A program made the position numbers and the translations under genes. A stretch of DNA of 63,907 nucleotides, the filler included, from Welwitschia mirabilis (Eukaryota): the NCBI GenBank assembly GCA_051453625.1. It is 5 parts of one record of this genome, joined end to end, with 100 filler letters (N's around TTAATTAATTAA, not from the genome) between each part and the next. Parts side by side here need not be neighbours in the genome. Positions count along the whole stretch, not along the records: positions 1 to 29,252 come from JBOZIK010000001.1; 4 more parts are not named here. One strand, given 5' to 3'. This document shows positions 14,905 through 28,800 of this stretch, in pieces. The notes beneath the pieces were generated by a model. That model was not told where the DNA came from. It searched no databases and saw only the letters and a list, made by a program, of their open reading frames with translations. The stretch's first letter is position 1. Each line of letters opens with the position of its first letter.

Positions 14905-17602
14905 AAAAAGTGATATCCTTCATGATTATTTCCCAAGAAAAAGGAGCCTTAGGTAAGGTGATCCTTTATCCCCTTATCTCTCCTCTCTTATTATGGAATA
15001 CTTATCTAGGAGTCTTAAGAAGTTGGCTGAGAATCCCCATTTTCACTTCCATCCTAAATGTAATAGGCTTTAAATTACTCATTTGAGTTATGCTGATGAT
15101 TTTTTTGTTTTTTACAAAAGAGATCACAGTTTAATCAACTCTATGAAATAAGCTTTATACCATTTTACGAATGTATTTGCTCTTGAGGAAAATCGTTCTA
15201 AGAGTTATGCTTTCTTTAGAGGGTTATCCCAATGGAAAAAAGATAGATTCCTCCATATGCTAGGATTCTTAGAAGGTATCCTTTTGGTTAAATACCTTAG
15301 AGTGCCTTTCAACTTGAAAAACTTTTTATTATAAACTATCTACCTTATTCTTAGGGTAACTGAGAAAATTAGATCATGAACTACAAAGTTCTTATCATAT
15401 GCCGGCAGACTTGTTTTAGTTAAAGTTGTACTTAGTCTTTATCCTTCTTCTAGTGTAGGGTTTTCCTCCTTTCAAACAAGATCCTTCATGAGATTAATTC
15501 TCTTTGCAAAAAGTTTCTTTGAACAGGGAATTCATATCATTCCAAAAAAGCCCTTATTGCATGGTAAATTTTGGTGAAACCAAAGAAAGTAGAGGTCTTG
15601 GGTTTAACACACTCCATCCTGATGAATAAAGCCTTGTTGTATATCCAATTCTAGGATCTAGCACTTATGAAGGATACTCTATGGGTTAAATGATGCAAAG
15701 AGTATTATTTCAAGGGAGTAAATGTTTGGCAATACCAAATAAAATATAAGACTTCATGGATTATTAAAAAAACTTTAAAAATCAGATACCATTTAGGAGG
15801 CTATGTGCAAGTCACTATTAATTCACTAGTTTGGAAAGTAGATGGCATTCCTTTCTCCACTTCCTTAGTTTATCATCATTTATGAGGTCAATAACATAAG
15901 GTATATTGATTTTCTATGGTCTAGAATCAATTTTCTATTCTAAAATACTCTTTTATCTCATAGTTAGCCTATAATAATAGACTATTTACCAAAGATAGAA
16001 TAATTAAGATAGGAATCCAAACTAACCCTATCTATTCTTTATATGTTTTGGCTAAAGAATCAAGAAACCATATACTCTTTGAATTCCCTCCACGTACTCT
16101 CCTCTAGTCTGTAATGAACCTTATTCACCTTCATCCCCCTGCAGACTCCTAGAATGATTTTCTCAGCTAGATTAAACAAAGATTTAGGTTAAAGTCCTCT
16201 CAATATAGCATCACTAAATTCCTTTTCTCTTCTTGTATTTAACACATTTGGAAAGACGAAATGCTAAGATCTTCAAGAATAAATATTTTGAAGTCCTAAA
16301 AATCATTAAAGAAATTAAGTTGTAATTTTTAATCAAACTGTCATCTATCCAAAAGCTAAAAGACTCTCAAAAATTATCACTCTTTGTGTCATATTATTGG
16401 CATCTCCCCTTAATTCTTATGAATAAGTCTAAATGTTTAAAATCAATGGTTTGCAATCCTATGAAAAAGATAAGAGTTTCTATCATTTAACAGTAGTCTG
16501 AATTATCTTGTAGTTCACACTATGTTTCTAATGTTTTTGAAACTTTAGCAATTAGTGTTCTTAGGTTAAATCTCAGTGGGATTTTTAATTCTTCAAGTTT
16601 TAAACCATTTTCCCATTTTTCTTAGATGATTCTTCATGGCGGTGCCTATGCTGACATTAATAGCAGAAGCCTCTATTTTAGGCTTGCTGGGTATGAAGTA
16701 ATAGACCCAAAACTAGCACAACACCTTCTTACTTTAATTCTTTTGGCAGCATTAGTTTTAGGTGTTTAGTGTCTTGAAGTTTACCATTGGATCTTAATCT
16801 CCAATATTCTTGTGAATCCCCTTCTCCTCAATTACATCCATAGAGTACCTACCTAAACAATATAGATTGCACTTTTAGAAGAAAGTTAAGATATTTTTAG
16901 ATTAGCTGATGGGATGTTATATAATCAATGAAGGTTGAGAAGTGCATTGAGCATTCTATTCTCATTTTCCTTGCTTCTTTTTTTTATCCACAGGGATCCT
17001 CTCTTTTCAAGACAACAAGGAAAAGTTAACTACTATGTCTGAAGCATTAGGAATTTCTATGAATCTAGTCAGATTAGCAGAAGGGAATTTGTGCAGCTTG
17101 TCCCAGGATTACACTTTTTAGATCTTATGATCAGCCTATACTCTTCCAAAAATTCCAAAAATTTCTAGCTTTTAGATTTATTTCATGCTATTAAATGCAT
17201 ATCCTGGGCATAAACTATGGGAATGACCCAGAATCCTCCCCAGAACCAGTGCAATGACTTTCTTGTAATTCATTAGATGGTTAGCTCTCTAGTTGTTGAG
17301 GACGAGTAGTGTTACTTGTTTTCCTCACTTCCTACATTTTCCCAATGCTTCTGGTTCATCACAAAGAGGTTTCTATGCAGCTTAGATCTCAAATCTAAAT
17401 AAGTTTTGAAAATTGACTTTATCTTCTTATGTTAGTTGAGGGGAGTTTACGTTGAAACCCTTGTCCTTGTTTGTTTAGATTGGAAGATCAGCCTTGGTTA
17501 ATCTACTAAAATTAGCTTATAGATTTTAATTCCTCTATAATTTCTAAGAGTTTTACTTTTACTATTCCAATAATGAAAATTTCTTAAATTTCATTAAAAA
17601 AA
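14905..17602 (+). mobile_element. 5'-truncated L1-type LINE (degenerate ORF2 RT and zf-RVT region, 3'UTR, short A tail)
   Basis: Decayed GLRQGDPLSPYL (~14945-14980), HLSYADD (~15080-15100), KYL.VP, KFLSYAGRLVLVKVVL (~15385-15430), LWVK, NRLFTKDRI (~15975-16000), ESRNHILFE (~16055-16085). Ends AATAATGAAAATTTC...AAAAAAA, where the host gypsy sequence resumes. Confidence 0.88.
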
Positions 17603-19960
17603 CATTATGCTTTAGAAGAAAGGCTATTTACTTTATAAAAATCAACCTTATTTGATGAACTTAAAAAATGTAAAGAAATCCTAGGAATCCTTAATTCCTC
17701 TAATTTCAACAACAAAGTAATGATGAAAATAATAGTGAGAAGAATAAAAATAATAAAGAATCAAAGGAGGATTAGATAAACCTAATAAAGGATAAACTTA
17801 TTCCTTTTAATGCAACAATCTAATTGTAAGAGTCTACTCATGTTTCTCTATCCCTTTTAATTATACTTCCATTTAATATCTAAAGTAAAATCCTTTCCTC
17901 TCCTACTAAGTTTAGTTCACTTTATGCAATTAATGAAAATTCTTATTAAAAGTATGACTTGGGATATCTTGGAATTCTAAATTTGGATAAACCTTATCTT
18001 CTTAAAGCTAATCCATGCTTAGATTTAAATCCTAGAAAACTTCTTAACTATGTTAAACCAATTCTAATTAGTTTTCTTAATACATTCCTTAAAATTCTTG
18101 GATTTATAATAGCAACATTGATATTTTTCATTTCCAATATTAATCTTTAAATAACATCTATCTTTCAAATTCTTTATATCATAACTTTAATAAGAGATTA
18201 TTTTTCCTTGAAATATATGAATTATTTATCTCTTATATTACAAATGAATTTTATGAATTCAAATTATTGTTTAGTCATGTTATTTATCATCAACTAATTT
18301 CTCTAAAAAATTCATGTAGCAATTGGTTTTCAAATGGTTTTGTCCTTATTTTTCAAAAAATGTATGATGCAATAACTATGTTAGATTATCTATCTTTTTG
18401 GCATAGGGATAAATTCAAAGTTAAGGAACTACATTCTACTTGTAATAATTGATTTAGTGTACCTTCTTTTCTTAAAGATATGTTCACCACTTACCCTTAT
18501 GTAAATGAAATTATTCAAATAATTGCTCTTTTCTTAAATATTTTAACTTGATTTTGCTTCAATTTTTCATTATGTAGTATGTTTAAGAATTTTAGACTTT
18601 TGCAAAGTATGTATAATCAATTAGATTTTAGTTCATTAAAACGCATCAAAACACCTATAAACTATTATTCTAGAATAGGAAAATATGCTTAATTAAGTTA
18701 TTCATATTATATGCTTTATGTTTTCATCAACTTCATTTCTTAGGATTAAAAGTTATTAGTAATTTGATAATGTAAACGTGTCCTTTCATATTTTTGGAGA
18801 AAGAGAGAAAATGAAAAAAGAAATAAGAAATAAAAAAGAAAAATAGAATATCTAATTTATATTATGAAGTCACTTTTGATAATCACTTCTAATCTATCTT
18901 GGGGATTACTACATCGAGGTAAAGTTGCTTAATGACCTATGCCTTATCTAATAGGCTTTATTGTTTGTGATAAAAACAAAGTTAGTGATTCAAAAATGAG
19001 CACTCCCTAAAGGAAGGAATTGAAGGTAAAAAAAGGTACATCTCGAAGTGTTGTATGATTATCACATTATTAAGTATTATTAATTTGCATTCATTCTTTT
19101 TAAGTTGATGCTTTATACTATAGCTATAATATATCAATTTCAATTAGTACATTATCATTTTCATCCATGCTATTCAAATAAAAATATGATATTTAACTAA
19201 TCTAGGAATATACATCTTTAATTAAGAATGAGATACTAAGTGACCAACTTCAAGTAGGATACATTCTAATGAAATGTGTTTTTTCCTATTCATTAAGCTA
19301 GATAATATCAAAGTTATTAATCATAATTTTTCTATTTATAATAAAACTAAAGAATTAGAGAAATAAATTTAATATTTTAAAAAATATTTGCATTTCTTTT
19401 TCTTTCAAATAAAGTATTGGGTTTTAAAAGATCAGGTTTAAGGATCTAAGTAGTTTAATGTTTTTTTTCCATGATGCTTTAGCTTACTATCATTCCCTTT
19501 CTTATTTTATGTTTGTGTCTTTCCTTCTTAGCTTTCACTTTTCTTTAAATACCTTAATACCTTCAGCTTTTTCTTTCTAATTATTACAAGTACATTTGCT
19601 TAAAAATTTGGGATGAATTTATCTACTTCATGGGGATGGTATCTTTGGAATCCTTAAAAAAGTGGCTTTAACTAAAAGGAATTTTTTTAATGAAAATATG
19701 TTTTTCATAGATGTGAAATAATAAACCTTGAATCTATTACATATCTTCCTCTTGATGTGAAAGTGGTGTATCTTTTTAATATACATTAGATATTTAATAC
19801 TATTAGATCTTTTATGCTTAATAATATACATTATATATTTAATACTATTAGATCTTTTATGCTTGAGTGTTATACTTCATCCTTTTTTTTTTAATTTGGC
19901 TTATTTCTATCCTATTCTACTTTTTTCATAAGGGACTAACAAACATTTAGTTGGGGGATA

Positions 19961-21045
19961 TGTTGTGAGTCTAATTAGTGATATTTAACATGATGTTTAC
20001 AGAGTGTTTTCAAGTCCTTCTTATAGGTTTAATGCTCAAGTTATCTCCTTTTGATATTAAAGATAAATAATTTATTTAAAATGAAGTAATTATGAAGCAT
20101 TTGAGAGATATATATGAAAGAAGATATTACACTAAGAGGATGTTATACCAAAAGAAATTAAATCAAGAGGACATTACATCAAAAAGACATTACATTAAGA
20201 AGACATTACATCAAGAAGACATTTTACATAAATAAGAAGATGTTATGTCAAGAAGATATTAAACCAAAAAGATGTTATACTAAGAAGACATTACAACAAG
20301 ATAACATTTTACATAATCAAGAATATTTTATGTCAACAAGACATCACACCAAAAATATGTTACACCAAAGAAGATGTTACACCAAAAATACATTACATGA
20401 ATAAGATATTACATTAAAAAAACATGTGAAAGAAGTTGTTACACTTAGAAGATGTTATAAAATTAGTGATATGATTACTCTTGATTTGTTACTACTCTTT
20501 GGTAACATGAATAGTTAATCCAAACCTATGAAAACACACCTTATATTCCTTATTTACCTATCTTTGGTTGCATTGATACTGCTTGCGATATTAGAGTATT
20601 TTGAGCAAGGGTCCATCCTAGTTGCAGAGAAGGGTGTTTTTTGATGTTGGGCATGTCTCCTTCATTAAAGATTCTAGCTTTGTAAAAGTATGTTGATATT
20701 TTAATTAATAAAATGATGATTGAAGCATTAATTTAAAATTAGCTTTTGAAATTCCTTATAATTAATGTTTATTACATTTAAGTGATATTTATTTATAATT
20801 GATATAAATTATAAGGGTCAACATGAATGACAATAAGTTATATCACTTGATTAGGATTTGCATTTAGGTTACATTCATCTTTGCATATTGCATTCATTCA
20901 CTACATCATTACATTTTCATTCTTAAGGCAGAATAGAAAATTATTTTAGTTTTTTTTAAATTCAAGTAATATTCTAATTTCCTTTTTTGAATTCTTCTCT
21001 AGAGTATGACATTTTGGTTAACTTCCATGTACTAGTGTGTTTGAT
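19961..21045 (+). repeat. 3' LTR of element B (3' end unclear)
   Basis: TG start after the PPT; shares TGTTGGGC..CCTTCATT and GACATTTTGGTTAACTTCCAT..ACTAGTGTGTT blocks with the other LTRs. Confidence 0.7.
20118..20460 (+). repeat. Degenerate ~16-bp tandem repeat (AAGAAGACATTACAYC), roughly 20 units, inside the LTR
   Basis: Directly visible, e.g. aagaggacattacatc aaaaagacattacatt aagaagacattacatc. Confidence 0.85.
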
Positions 21046-24000
21046 GTAAATTTATTAATAATTATTATTATTAAAGATAAAATTAATTAAAATAAAATGA
21101 AAAATTGACTAGATGATTTGCACCTAATAACCTCTAATAACTTTGTAGGTTTAGCTCAATAAATGTTTGAATTAATTTTTTCATACCCACTTATTTAAGT
21201 TAATTAATACCATAGTTTACTTGTGTGTTTTAACCTTGATTTACTATTTGTGATAGGACTAGAATAAATGTATTTATCAATGATTTTGTATTAAGATTAA
21301 ATAAGGGTTAATTTCCATCATTACATTACTTAATATCTTACAAATCCTCTTGATTTTGATCACTTAGTTTAACTTATCTAAGCTTAAGTTTAATTAATGA
21401 TGATAAGGCATCAAAAAGAACTAAAACTTTTTATTAGATTACTTTAAAAAATAACATAAAGATTATTAAAGGTTACTTTTACAAATATTTTTATGATCTT
21501 AAAATTTAAATGGTTATTATTATAAGGTGATTCGTCATCATTTATAACTTATAGTATATAATTAAGTTTATTCTCTTTCTTTATTTTAACTAGATAAGCT
21601 TTATTTGGCTTTTAAGTTATAAATATGGTATTGTATAATTTGAAATAAAAATACTCGTTGGAAGTTTGATTATTTTTAAGGGTATCTAATTATAAGGCAT
21701 TATTTTATGTATTTATATTTTTTCTAAAAGTTAATCTCTTTAAGAAATCATATAAGATTATTATTCTAAATTCTTAAGATAATTGTAATTCATCCAAGTG
21801 ATTATTAGCTATAGCTATAATGTAAAAGTGTATTCAAAGAGTTGAATTCATCATGTTTATAAGTTTTATAGGAATTTAGAATTATTATAAACATTATTAA
21901 TATACTGATCACTCAGGAATTGGGGATATAGTTAACCTTATGAATACTTTGGAACTATTTAAAATATAATCAACTTCTAAGATTATTAAGGTCTTAGTAT
22001 TATCATTAGTATAATGCTTATAATTGTTAGGATTACCATGAATGTAATTTGGTATTCATTTATAAATAGGAATACTATAGGTATAATTAAATTCACGACT
22101 ATTTGGACATAAAATTAAATTCATAACTATTAGGAATTAAAGTTATTATGATTATAAGTAATTTTATGATTATCAAAAAGAAGGATTATTAAAGATGTAA
22201 TTTTATCTATACTCTTATAAATTTATGAGTGCTTAACATAGGTATTATTTAAGTTAACCTATAACCTTGATACTAATTTTTAACACTCTATTTTTTCTTA
22301 ACCTAATTAAGTATCTTTTTTCCCTTTTTTTCCCTTAAATGAAGAGTAATCTTTTATTGCTATGTAGAGCTATAAATTCCAATACTACAATCAAAAAAAA
22401 AAAAACAAAGGTTGAATGACGAATCTAGAGCTATAAGCCAAGTAGAAAAATATTAGAGTTTAGAGAGAATGGTTAGTGAAAGGCACAAAAAACTAATAGA
22501 GAAATGTAAACTAGCTTTTCCTTCCTTCCTTCTAATGATTGTGGACCTACTGTGTAACAATGGTTGTCCATAATTTTGGCACAAATAGGTAGGTGATCAA
22601 GGTAAGTTAGAGAGCTGACTCCAAGAGCCTTCCCTGATTCCTGCTCTTGATTAAGCAAGTTTATCTCTGCAGAAAAACTAGTTCAAAGTGTGTTCTTTTG
22701 GCCATGTCATCAAGTACTCCTTTTAATGTAGAGGCCCCTTTGATTGGTCTGCTTTAAGTTGTGGAGGATCTCATTTTGAGTTCCAACCTATGTGCATCTA
22801 AGTTATTCTCCCTTTTTTTTTATTCTCTTTGTTTCTTTTTTAATATTTTTACCTAATAGATACAGTGAAATCTAGGATCAATTTTACTTATTTCTTTATT
22901 AGGAATTTTATATTCTAAAGAAAAACCATATTAATGTTATATATTTAACTATTTTTAATTTTATATTATTTTTGTTTACAAAACATAACGATGTCATAAG
23001 TCTATATCCTCCATTTCTTCCTAATGTTTATCACATAAAAGGATATCTTATAAATAGTTGAGGAGATGTAAACTTATTATAAAACATACATGGATAATTT
23101 TAAGAATAATAACTAACCAATATAATAGGATGTTGCAACCCCTATTAATGGCATTTAAACTCAACATTTGACCACATTATAAACATGATTTGATTCTACT
23201 TCAAATTCTAAACTATACAAACATGACTGAGCTTGACTCTATAGGCTTATACTTCACCTTGATATACTCCTAATATAGGTAACAGGAAGTATGTGAGGTA
23301 GATGCATGTTTACAAATAAACCTCACTTCTTTGAAATATTTCTAAATGTTGCTGTGTATGCATGTTTACAAATAAACATCACTTCTTTGAAATATTTCTA
23401 AATTGGTGCTACATAATCCATTAATGCTAAAGGATTAAGATATTAAGTTAAATTAAGTTCATAAATGAGTGGTATAGAAAATTATTAATCAAATCCACTT
23501 CTAGAATGAAATTATAAAAAACAAGAAAATAATGAGTAAAATCTAAGTATGGGAATGATTATTATTAGGATTATTTTGATTTAGTCTTGTTTGATGAATA
23601 CACCATAAAAATGCATGAATATAATTATAAATAACATAAATATTTAATAGATTATTTATTTAGTTATAATAATTATAATAATCATTAGATTTATTCTATA
23701 GAAATAATCCTAAAAGAGAAAACAAGCACTTAAACATCTATATATTAAAGGTTATAGTAATAAAAATCTAAATAAAGAAATATTATTATATTTTCCTTTT
23801 TCAATAATAATAATAAAATTTCAAATGTATTAGATTACATCTTAATAACATACTTAAAGTAAATAACCCATAGTTGGAGCTATGCCAATCCTAGAAGCAT
23901 TTTCCCATGCTCATATGACAATCTCTATTATATAAGAAAAATAAACATAAGAAGCATAGTTTAAGAGTGGTTATGAAGATATAATTCTTTAACTTAAACT

Positions 24001-25837
24001 CATATGGATATATTATAAGTTAACAAAATAAGTGATAAATTAAGAACTATTTCTATTACTTAAAATACTAAGGTAAAGCTCTCACAAGCATGCATATTCA
24101 AAGTAGGATAAAGAAAAAAGGTAAAAGGGGTATTTCCCCTAATAGACTATTATTTCTAAGTATTGTGACTTAAGGCTAGTAATAGAAACTTATTTTATAT
24201 ACTTAAGTTACCTATATAATTTTATTTAATAATTTTTTCATAATTTAAAACATAATTATAATGTCTTTTTGCTCTAAGGAGACATCAAATCCAAAAATTT
24301 ATAATTAATTAATTAAAAAGTAAAAAATAAATTACAGGAGTTTTTCATAAACTAGACTTCTGATAGGATCCTTAGAAATTAACTTAAACTCTCTTGGAAT
24401 TCTAAAAATATTATTTCTAAGGTCATTATTTAAGATTAAAAACTATTAAAATTACTAAAATTACAATCCTACCACACTAAACTAAAATTATTATAACTTC
24501 CAAAATACTTTACATTTTTAAATGATTCAATATGTTTTGACAATGTTATTGAATTTCATAAAACTTAAGATGCTTAATTTTTTAGATATCTTATCTATTA
24601 ATTACAAAAACATAAATTATTACTTAATATTTTCTATAAAATGTATTTCAATAATTTATAAGTACTAGTTAATGAGCTATGGGACTTTTAACGTATGTCT
24701 CTATTCTAGAAATTTAATTTTCACTATGAAAAAAAAGTAAATTCTTTATAATAAATTATGTAATAATTTAGATCACTAAAATAATGGATATCCGAGATAA
24801 TTATTTATAAGATATCTTAACTAAATTTACTAATGAAAATTATTATAAAAAGAAAAATCAAATCAATTCAAAAAGAATTACTTACTATAAGCCTTAAAAT
24901 TACCATGAAAAAGTACCAGCCTTAAAGATATTATTGAGGATTAGACTTTGTTCCTAATAAGGTGGATTTAATTCATGATAAATGAAAATATAATATTATA
25001 AAATAATCATTAGTACCTAACATTTTTTTCTTATTTTGCCTTCTTTTCTTTTCTTTTAATAGTAAAATGCTTAGTTACTTAGCCATAATCATCCATTACT
25101 AATATAAATTACTAAGCATAAAAGATTCATTATATCTTTTCAAGTCTTTATAAGAGCTAATGGGAGGGAATAATATTTTATAACATAATTGCATAAAAAC
25201 CATAAATAATTCCCTAATGTAATATCACATCATTCCACTAGAGTCTTTAAAAGAGATCATATAGATAATATGAATAAAGAAATTGCTTAAAAAGATTAGT
25301 AAGTCCTTAAGTATTAAAGATTAATAAAGATTCAAGCTTAAGAATCCTTAGCTCCAAGCTTTCAAGCTCTAAGATTCATAAGAAGAAGAATGAAAAGAAA
25401 GATATAGGAAAGAATGAAATGCAATTACATATAAAATGGAAAGTATCTCCCCTTTTTTTTATAAGAGAGACAATGATTTCTATATATACATAATAAAAGG
25501 CACATAGCTTAAAATCATAAGATTACATGAATCATTAATTATAAATAGAGTAAGTAACATTTTAGTACAAAATAAGGTCATATTTGTAACTTATGCATCT
25601 AACTAGGATGAGTAATATTCTTACTTTAATTATTAAGGTTAATTATGTGCATCATTTTCTTATGCTAGATCCTCCTTAATTTTTGATAGGCTCATAGGTA
25701 AGTTTAATTCATCTAAGACATGCATTAAAAGAATAAATGCATAAATTTTAAATTTTTCATGTGGCATAATAAGATTAACTCTTCAATTCAAATGAGTAAA
25801 ATAATAAATATGCTAGGAATCACGTGCCCTTATGCAT
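21046..25837. other. Very AT-rich unresolved region, probably decayed LTR-retrotransposon non-coding sequence
   Basis: No coding motifs recognised. Weak LTR-terminus-like TGTTGCAACCCC at 23131 and a 56-bp tandem duplication at 23302-23413. Confidence 0.3.
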
Positions 25838-28800
25838 TGTTGCGATGCGAATTTAAGCAATGTTTCATGCCTTGATTTAATTCCTATNNNNNNNNNNNNN
25901 NNNNNNNNNNNNNNNNNNNNNNNNNNNNNNNNNNNNNNNNNNNNNNNNNNNNNNNNNNNNNNNNNNNNNNNNNNNNNNNNNNNNNNNNNNNNNNNNNNNN
26001 NNNNNNNNNNNNNNNNNNNNNNNNNNNNNNNNNNNNNNNNNNNNNNNNNNNNNNNNNNNNNNNNNNNNNNNNNNNNNNNNNNNNNNNNNNNNNNNNNNNN
26101 NNNNNNNNNNNNNNNNNNNNNNNNNNNNNNNNNNNNNNNNNNNNNNNNNNNNNNNNNNNNNNNNNNNNNNNNNNNNNNNNNNNNNNNNNNNNNNNNNNNN
26201 NNNNNNNNNNNNNNNNNNNNNNNNNNNNNNNNNNNNNNNNNNNNNNNNNNNNNNNNNNNNNNNNNNNNNNNNNNNNNNNNNNNNNNNNNNNNNNNNNNNN
26301 NNNNNNNNNNNNNNNNNNNNNNNNNNNNNNNNNNNNNNNNNNNNNNNNNNCCTATCCTAAGAATGTTAGGTATTGTTGAAGATGATTAGGGATCAAGGGG
26401 GAGACCTTTATTTATAGAAAGAAAGGAAAGATAAACTGAAAGAAAGGTAAAGTAGAAACTCTAGCTAACATGCATAAGAAAGTCATAATAAGCAGGCAAT
26501 AACTCAGGAATACATTCTATAAAAGTGATAGAGAACAGTGTCATTCTTCTGGTTGTCCAGATGATGTAGGAGATGACAAGGATTGATAATGAGTTATTTA
26601 CTTAGCTTCTAGTTTACTGCTTGTGATCTGCATGCAAACTATTATCAACTATTTTTGGAGATGTCATCCACTAGTGTCATCTAGATAATGATGTGAATGA
26701 TGAGGTCTGATAAGAAGATCTTTAGTTTAGCTACATATTATCTAGAAAGGACACTATCATATGCTTAATTAGAATTGTCGTCCTGCCTATCGTCTTGATG
26801 ACAGAGGGGATGACAGTCTTTTCTTCATTTTTAGTCAGTTTGATATTTTGATATTTATAGGAATAATCATCTAAAAATACAATTTATCCATATCTGCATG
26901 AAATGCTTATGAATTATCTGATAAACTGCATGTTTTCATCTTGTGCTCCTAGATTCTCAATTGTTATAAGAACTAGGCATTTATCTATTAGTTTATCTAC
27001 AAAACAACTCAAAATACCCTATCAANNNNNNNNNNNNNNNNNNNNNNNNNNNNNNNNNNNNNNNNNNNNNNNNNNNNNNNNNNNNNNNNNNNNNNNNNNN
27101 NNNNNNNNNNNNNNNNNNNNNNNNNTTATCTGCAAAACAACTCAAAATATCCTATCAAATACACTTAAGTTGGCATCGCAACATAGCCCCCCACTTAGCC
27201 TTATCAGTCCCTGATAAAACCAGGCGGTAAACTGTGTTTGCAAGCCAACTTTTTTAAGCAATAAAAGATCTAGGATACCTAAAGAAGGCAATTGAAATAT
27301 ATCTATCAGTAATGGACTGAATTCAAAAATTTTAAAAACTAAATAAAGTACCTATGTAGCATTAGATGTTTGTCATCTAGTACGTTGCCCGGATGATAGT
27401 GGGCATGATAGACTCCTTAAAAGTTTTTCAGGGTCTAGAACCTATAACAAAAATCAAAAATATTAGATCTTCTCTATGATAAATTGTTAAATAAAAAGAT
27501 GATAATCAAAAATTGAAGAATTTTATTTCAGAAATATGCAATCATGTATTCATAAATAAAAAAAATTATATCAGAAATATGCAATACTGAAATTATATGT
27601 GTATCTTACCCCCACTTAAAATATTCAATGCGTCTTGAATTACCTAAACTAATGAAAATGAAAAAGGTAATAACAACTGGAATGAAAACTACTAAACTAA
27701 TAAAGTTCTAAGGAAAGAAGAAAATGGAAAATACTAGAAAATAGTAGACATGAAAATGGAAGAAAAGCAGAGACGAAATAGACATAAGGAACAAGAAGAA
27801 GAGTGATTACCTATTCTAAGTACGAACGTAGCAAAATTCAAAGGAAAATATCATAACATTACTTGATTAAAGATGCATGACAAAATGTATTAACTTGATA
27901 AAGTTCATTCGAGGGAGTATTGGTTATGGCGATATCCAAAGTTTCAAGTGTGTAGAACAATAAGGTCAAAATCGAAAGTTACTTAGAAATGGACTCATCT
28001 ATTTCTACCTACAAAATCATTGAAATCTTCAAAAGTAAAATGATCAAGTGGGAATGCTAAAATTAGTATTTCTTTTACCATGATGAGGAGAGTTCAACCA
28101 CTATCAGAGGAGTAAGGACTCATGAAGCATGACCAATTAACATCTCAATGGAGTTTCCACAGCTACCATATTACACTACTAAAGGCTCCTCTCAGAAATA
28201 TTTGCCCTGGTGTACATGTGATAGGACATCATGTTTTTCACTGTTCTTTCTTTTCTTTTTTTTTCTTTTTTTTTAAAAATAAAAGGATNNNNNNNNNNNN
28301 NNNNNNNNNNNNNNNNNNNNNNNNNNNNNNNNNNNNNNNNNNNNATAGAAAAGAACACTCCTTAATAACTTAAGATCTAACCATTATTGAAAAAAACAAC
28401 ACAAAAAATAAAGTATCTTCCTGTAAATACAATCCATAAACATGGGAATGTCTTAAGATTGGGTGAATCCAATCTTACTGCTTATAAATGCCCAAGTATA
28501 AAACTAAACATGATACTTTATAAAGTAATACATAAGTCAAGTGAAAAAATGATCAGATAAAGTTATAATATTTAACTAAGGAAGTAAGCTAAGGAAGAAC
28601 TTAGGTAGGAAATAAATGCTTCTACTATGTTCACAATTGCATCTAAAATTCCTCATATCATTTCAATCGTTTTCTATGTATGCATACCATTTTCCATCCA
28701 TAATATTTATGATCTGTTCTTTTATGATTTGCTTTAGGTTTGGAGGGGTTTGTAAACATAGGTTAGGTTTTAGATCTTCATTCAAATCTAAATTATTGAC

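Larger units (their letters stand above)
12655..21045 (+). mobile_element. Older Athila-like element B (gag-PR only, no recognisable RT/RH/INT), interrupted by a LINE
   Basis: Gag (CVKYFYSGLN, 13136-13378) and PR region (~14520-14880). Homology resumes at ~17603 after the LINE, followed by a non-coding 3' region, PPT AGTTGGGGGATA and an LTR starting TGTTGTGAG at 19961. Confidence 0.75.

Noticed and set aside
14871-17605. AAAAAACAT on both sides of the LINE as a TSD
   Set aside because: The left copy lies ~25 bp before the apparent junction and is low complexity, so it is not convincing.
26985-27158. Short repeat on both sides of the gap in LTR F
   Set aside because: Contig-end overlap, or a join of two similar LTRs at a gap.
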